A stretch of DNA of 64,000 bases, from the NCBI GenBank assembly GCA_964270895.1, contig OZ185443.1; one strand, given 5' to 3'. This stretch comes from Podarcis filfolensis. Taxonomy: Eukaryota. Shown piece after piece: positions 61,692-64,000 of the stretch. The stretch's first letter is position 1; each line of letters starts with the position of its first letter. The translations under genes were made by a program, and so were the position numbers. The notes under the pieces were generated by a model that saw only the letters and a program-made list of their open reading frames with translations, was not told the origin of the DNA and ran no database searches.

Positions 61692-63477
61692 CTGAAACAA
61701 AGCAAAGCAAAAGCCTGGAGAGCTCATCACTTAAAAGCTCTCTGTGAGCCTCTCACCCAAGCCAATATATGAACAAGTGTGATAATGCTTTCTTTCACAT
61801 CATGCTTTCAGGTACAGTGCCACAGAAAAAGATGACAAAAACGGCAGGCAGACATTTTGGTCCACTAGAGGAAGAAGTCCAAAAGCAACAATAGCATACC
61901 CTTATTAGCGTTAACTAAAAGTGACCAAGTAATGTGCAAGGTCCCTTTCCAGCTTTTCAGCTGTCATGGAACTTAACATACATTTTTCATCTGCATAAAG
62001 TATGATAGGTATAATATATTTTACAATGCATGGAAACAACAACAACAAGGAGGAAATCAATATGTAAGTTTCTGAAATCCAATCACTTTTATGGCTTGCT
62101 TTGCTTTGCATGTCTATACATGCAGACAACCTGTTAAATCCATACATTGATCCTTATGATATTGTTATTCCAGTTGACATTCTGTTTCTTTCCTTCTGCA
62201 CAGAATGAATTCAAAACCTACAGCAGGTTGGGCAAATGTCAGCTTGAGACTTTTCTTTCAGGTTCCTTTTTCATGCTAATGAAAGCTTATAAAGGAAACT
62301 TATAAAGTAGCTTCCTCCTACATTTTTTCTGATTAGTTCAGTGCACTTTTTGTCTAAGATCTCCTCTGTTGCAAGTGCAATAGCATGTGGCCTTTGTGTC
62401 TTCCATTCTGTAATGATCATGACTTCCATTCAACAGTAATGCCACCAAGGTTTCTCTTTTGTTGTATCTCTAGCAGTGTTCTATCAAGATATCTAACATG
62501 CAAATTATCCTCCCTGAATAACTTGTTAATTTAAATAGACTTATGTGGCTTATTTTAAAATCCTGGATGAACCCCATATGCCTAGATAATGGCAAATCTT
62601 TTTCCTCCAGATTTTTAATCTTTTTTATAAGCCTTACACTTTAAAGCTTAAAACGAAGGCTGCTGTGTAATTTTAAGTCTCTACTTTTTTATTTCACTAA
62701 ATTCAATTTAGGTCTCCTTTGGAGATTCCTATCTGCCAGCATAATGCAATTTCAAAATTCTGTTTTAAAGTTAAATTCCTAAACTGGTCCCTGTGTGCCT
62801 GCTGATTCACACTGAACATTTCTCCTCAACACTTCTGTTGCTGAACAAAGGTTCAAGATGCCTAGCCATATTGTACGTAGCACAATAATCAATATAACTG
62901 GTTCTCTATTTACCAACTCTTATATTTCTGAAAATTAGGCTGAAACAAGAGGTTGCAATGCAAGAACTGTATGTAAGAGTAATGCTAAAGATTTCTCCCT
63001 AAGAAACATTTTCCAGATCACAGTACATAACTTTATAGGATGACTGCACACATAAATAACTTATTGACATATTTGTTATCAATATATTAATTCACCTATG
63101 TAAAATGTATGCAAAAATACTTGAATTAAGAGCAGAAAGCAGATTTCAGGCAAAATGGAGATCTTTTGGCTTTCTGCTGTTGTTTACTTCAAGTATAATT
63201 TTTAAAAACAACATTAGCAGTATTCTTGATACAATTTTCCTTACCCAAAACAGGGCTAGCCAATAAAGGTAGTTCTGCATAATTCCCCTGGGATAGTTTA
63301 ATATTTATGTGAATTTAAAACAAATAAGAATATATAGGTATGCTCCCAATTTATCTGAATGTTTATACTTACAATGGAAAAACCCAGTGTATTTTCAATA
63401 CTTTCTATATGAATATTCAGTATCTGTTGTACACTTAATAGCACAACTGTGGCTAATTGTGGAGAAAAAAGATTTTG

Positions 63478-64000
63478 GGCCGAAATATTGGGAAATTTTG
63501 GAACAAGAAGGAGACAAATTGAAATTGCAGTTTTGAGAAATTAAAAGATAAAGTGCGAGACTGGCTTCACTATTATCAAATAAGGGAGGCTTATAATTTG
63601 GACAAAAAAATTGGCTTCCAGGTGGAAAAATCAAAATTGGAAACAGAACTGTTAGATCCCAAAACAAAGATACTTTCAAGAATGTATAACTTGCTGTTAA
63701 AATGGAACACTCAGGATGAAACGGTTAAATCTGCTATGATTAAATGGGCACAAGATGTTGGACATAACATTATGTTTGCTGACTGGGAACAGTTGTGGAC
63801 CGCAGGTATGAAATTTACGGCATGTAATGCCCTAAGAGAGAATATTATGAAAATGATATACAGGTGGTACATGACACCAGTCAAGCTTGCAAGAATCTAT
63901 CATTTGCCCGATAATAAATGTTGGAAATGTAAAGAAAATTAAGGTACATTCTTTCACCTTTGGTGGACGTGCCCAAAGATTAAGGCTTTCTGGGAGATGA
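63478..64000 (+). mobile_element. 5'-truncated L1 ORF2 C-terminal region, running off the window end
   Basis: PKYWEILEQEGDKLKLQ, frameshift near 63530, then EKLKDKVRDWLHYYQ...IYRWYMTPVKLARIY..NKCWKCKEN*GTFFHLWWTCPKIKAFWE with the L1 CCHC-type motif. One in-frame TAA at 63940-63942. Confidence 0.9.

Overview
Vertebrate genomic DNA, most likely a lacertid lizard (inferred from Sauria-type SINE, BovB, CR1/L2-tailed SINEs and squamate-type L1). No prokaryotic-type system is present. The window holds three recognisable genes in the same order as in mammals. (1) The last six coding exons of PRSS12/neurotrypsin (+, 3488-21249): the last SRCR domain and an intact trypsin-like domain. (2) A compact minus-strand non-coding snoRNA host gene (SNHG8-like, ~24355-26026) in a CpG island, with a TATA box, a 5'TOP start and an intronic SNORA24 (25431-25565). 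(3) The last ten coding exons of NDST3 (-, 35961-61691). All 16 coding exons have canonical GT-AG junctions and consistent phases. The rest is intronic or intergenic DNA with hAT and Tc1/mariner-type MITEs, SINEs and LINE remnants. I found no convincingly novel large system. The best leads are: a second, unidentified structured ACA-ending RNA in another intron of the snoRNA host; a possible divergent spliced transcript from the same CpG island; a near-perfect 82-nt intronic hairpin in NDST3; a MITE family built from hairpin modules; a hAT MITE carrying TTAGGG units; and two informative BovB structures. Identifications rest on remembered family sequences, not database searches.
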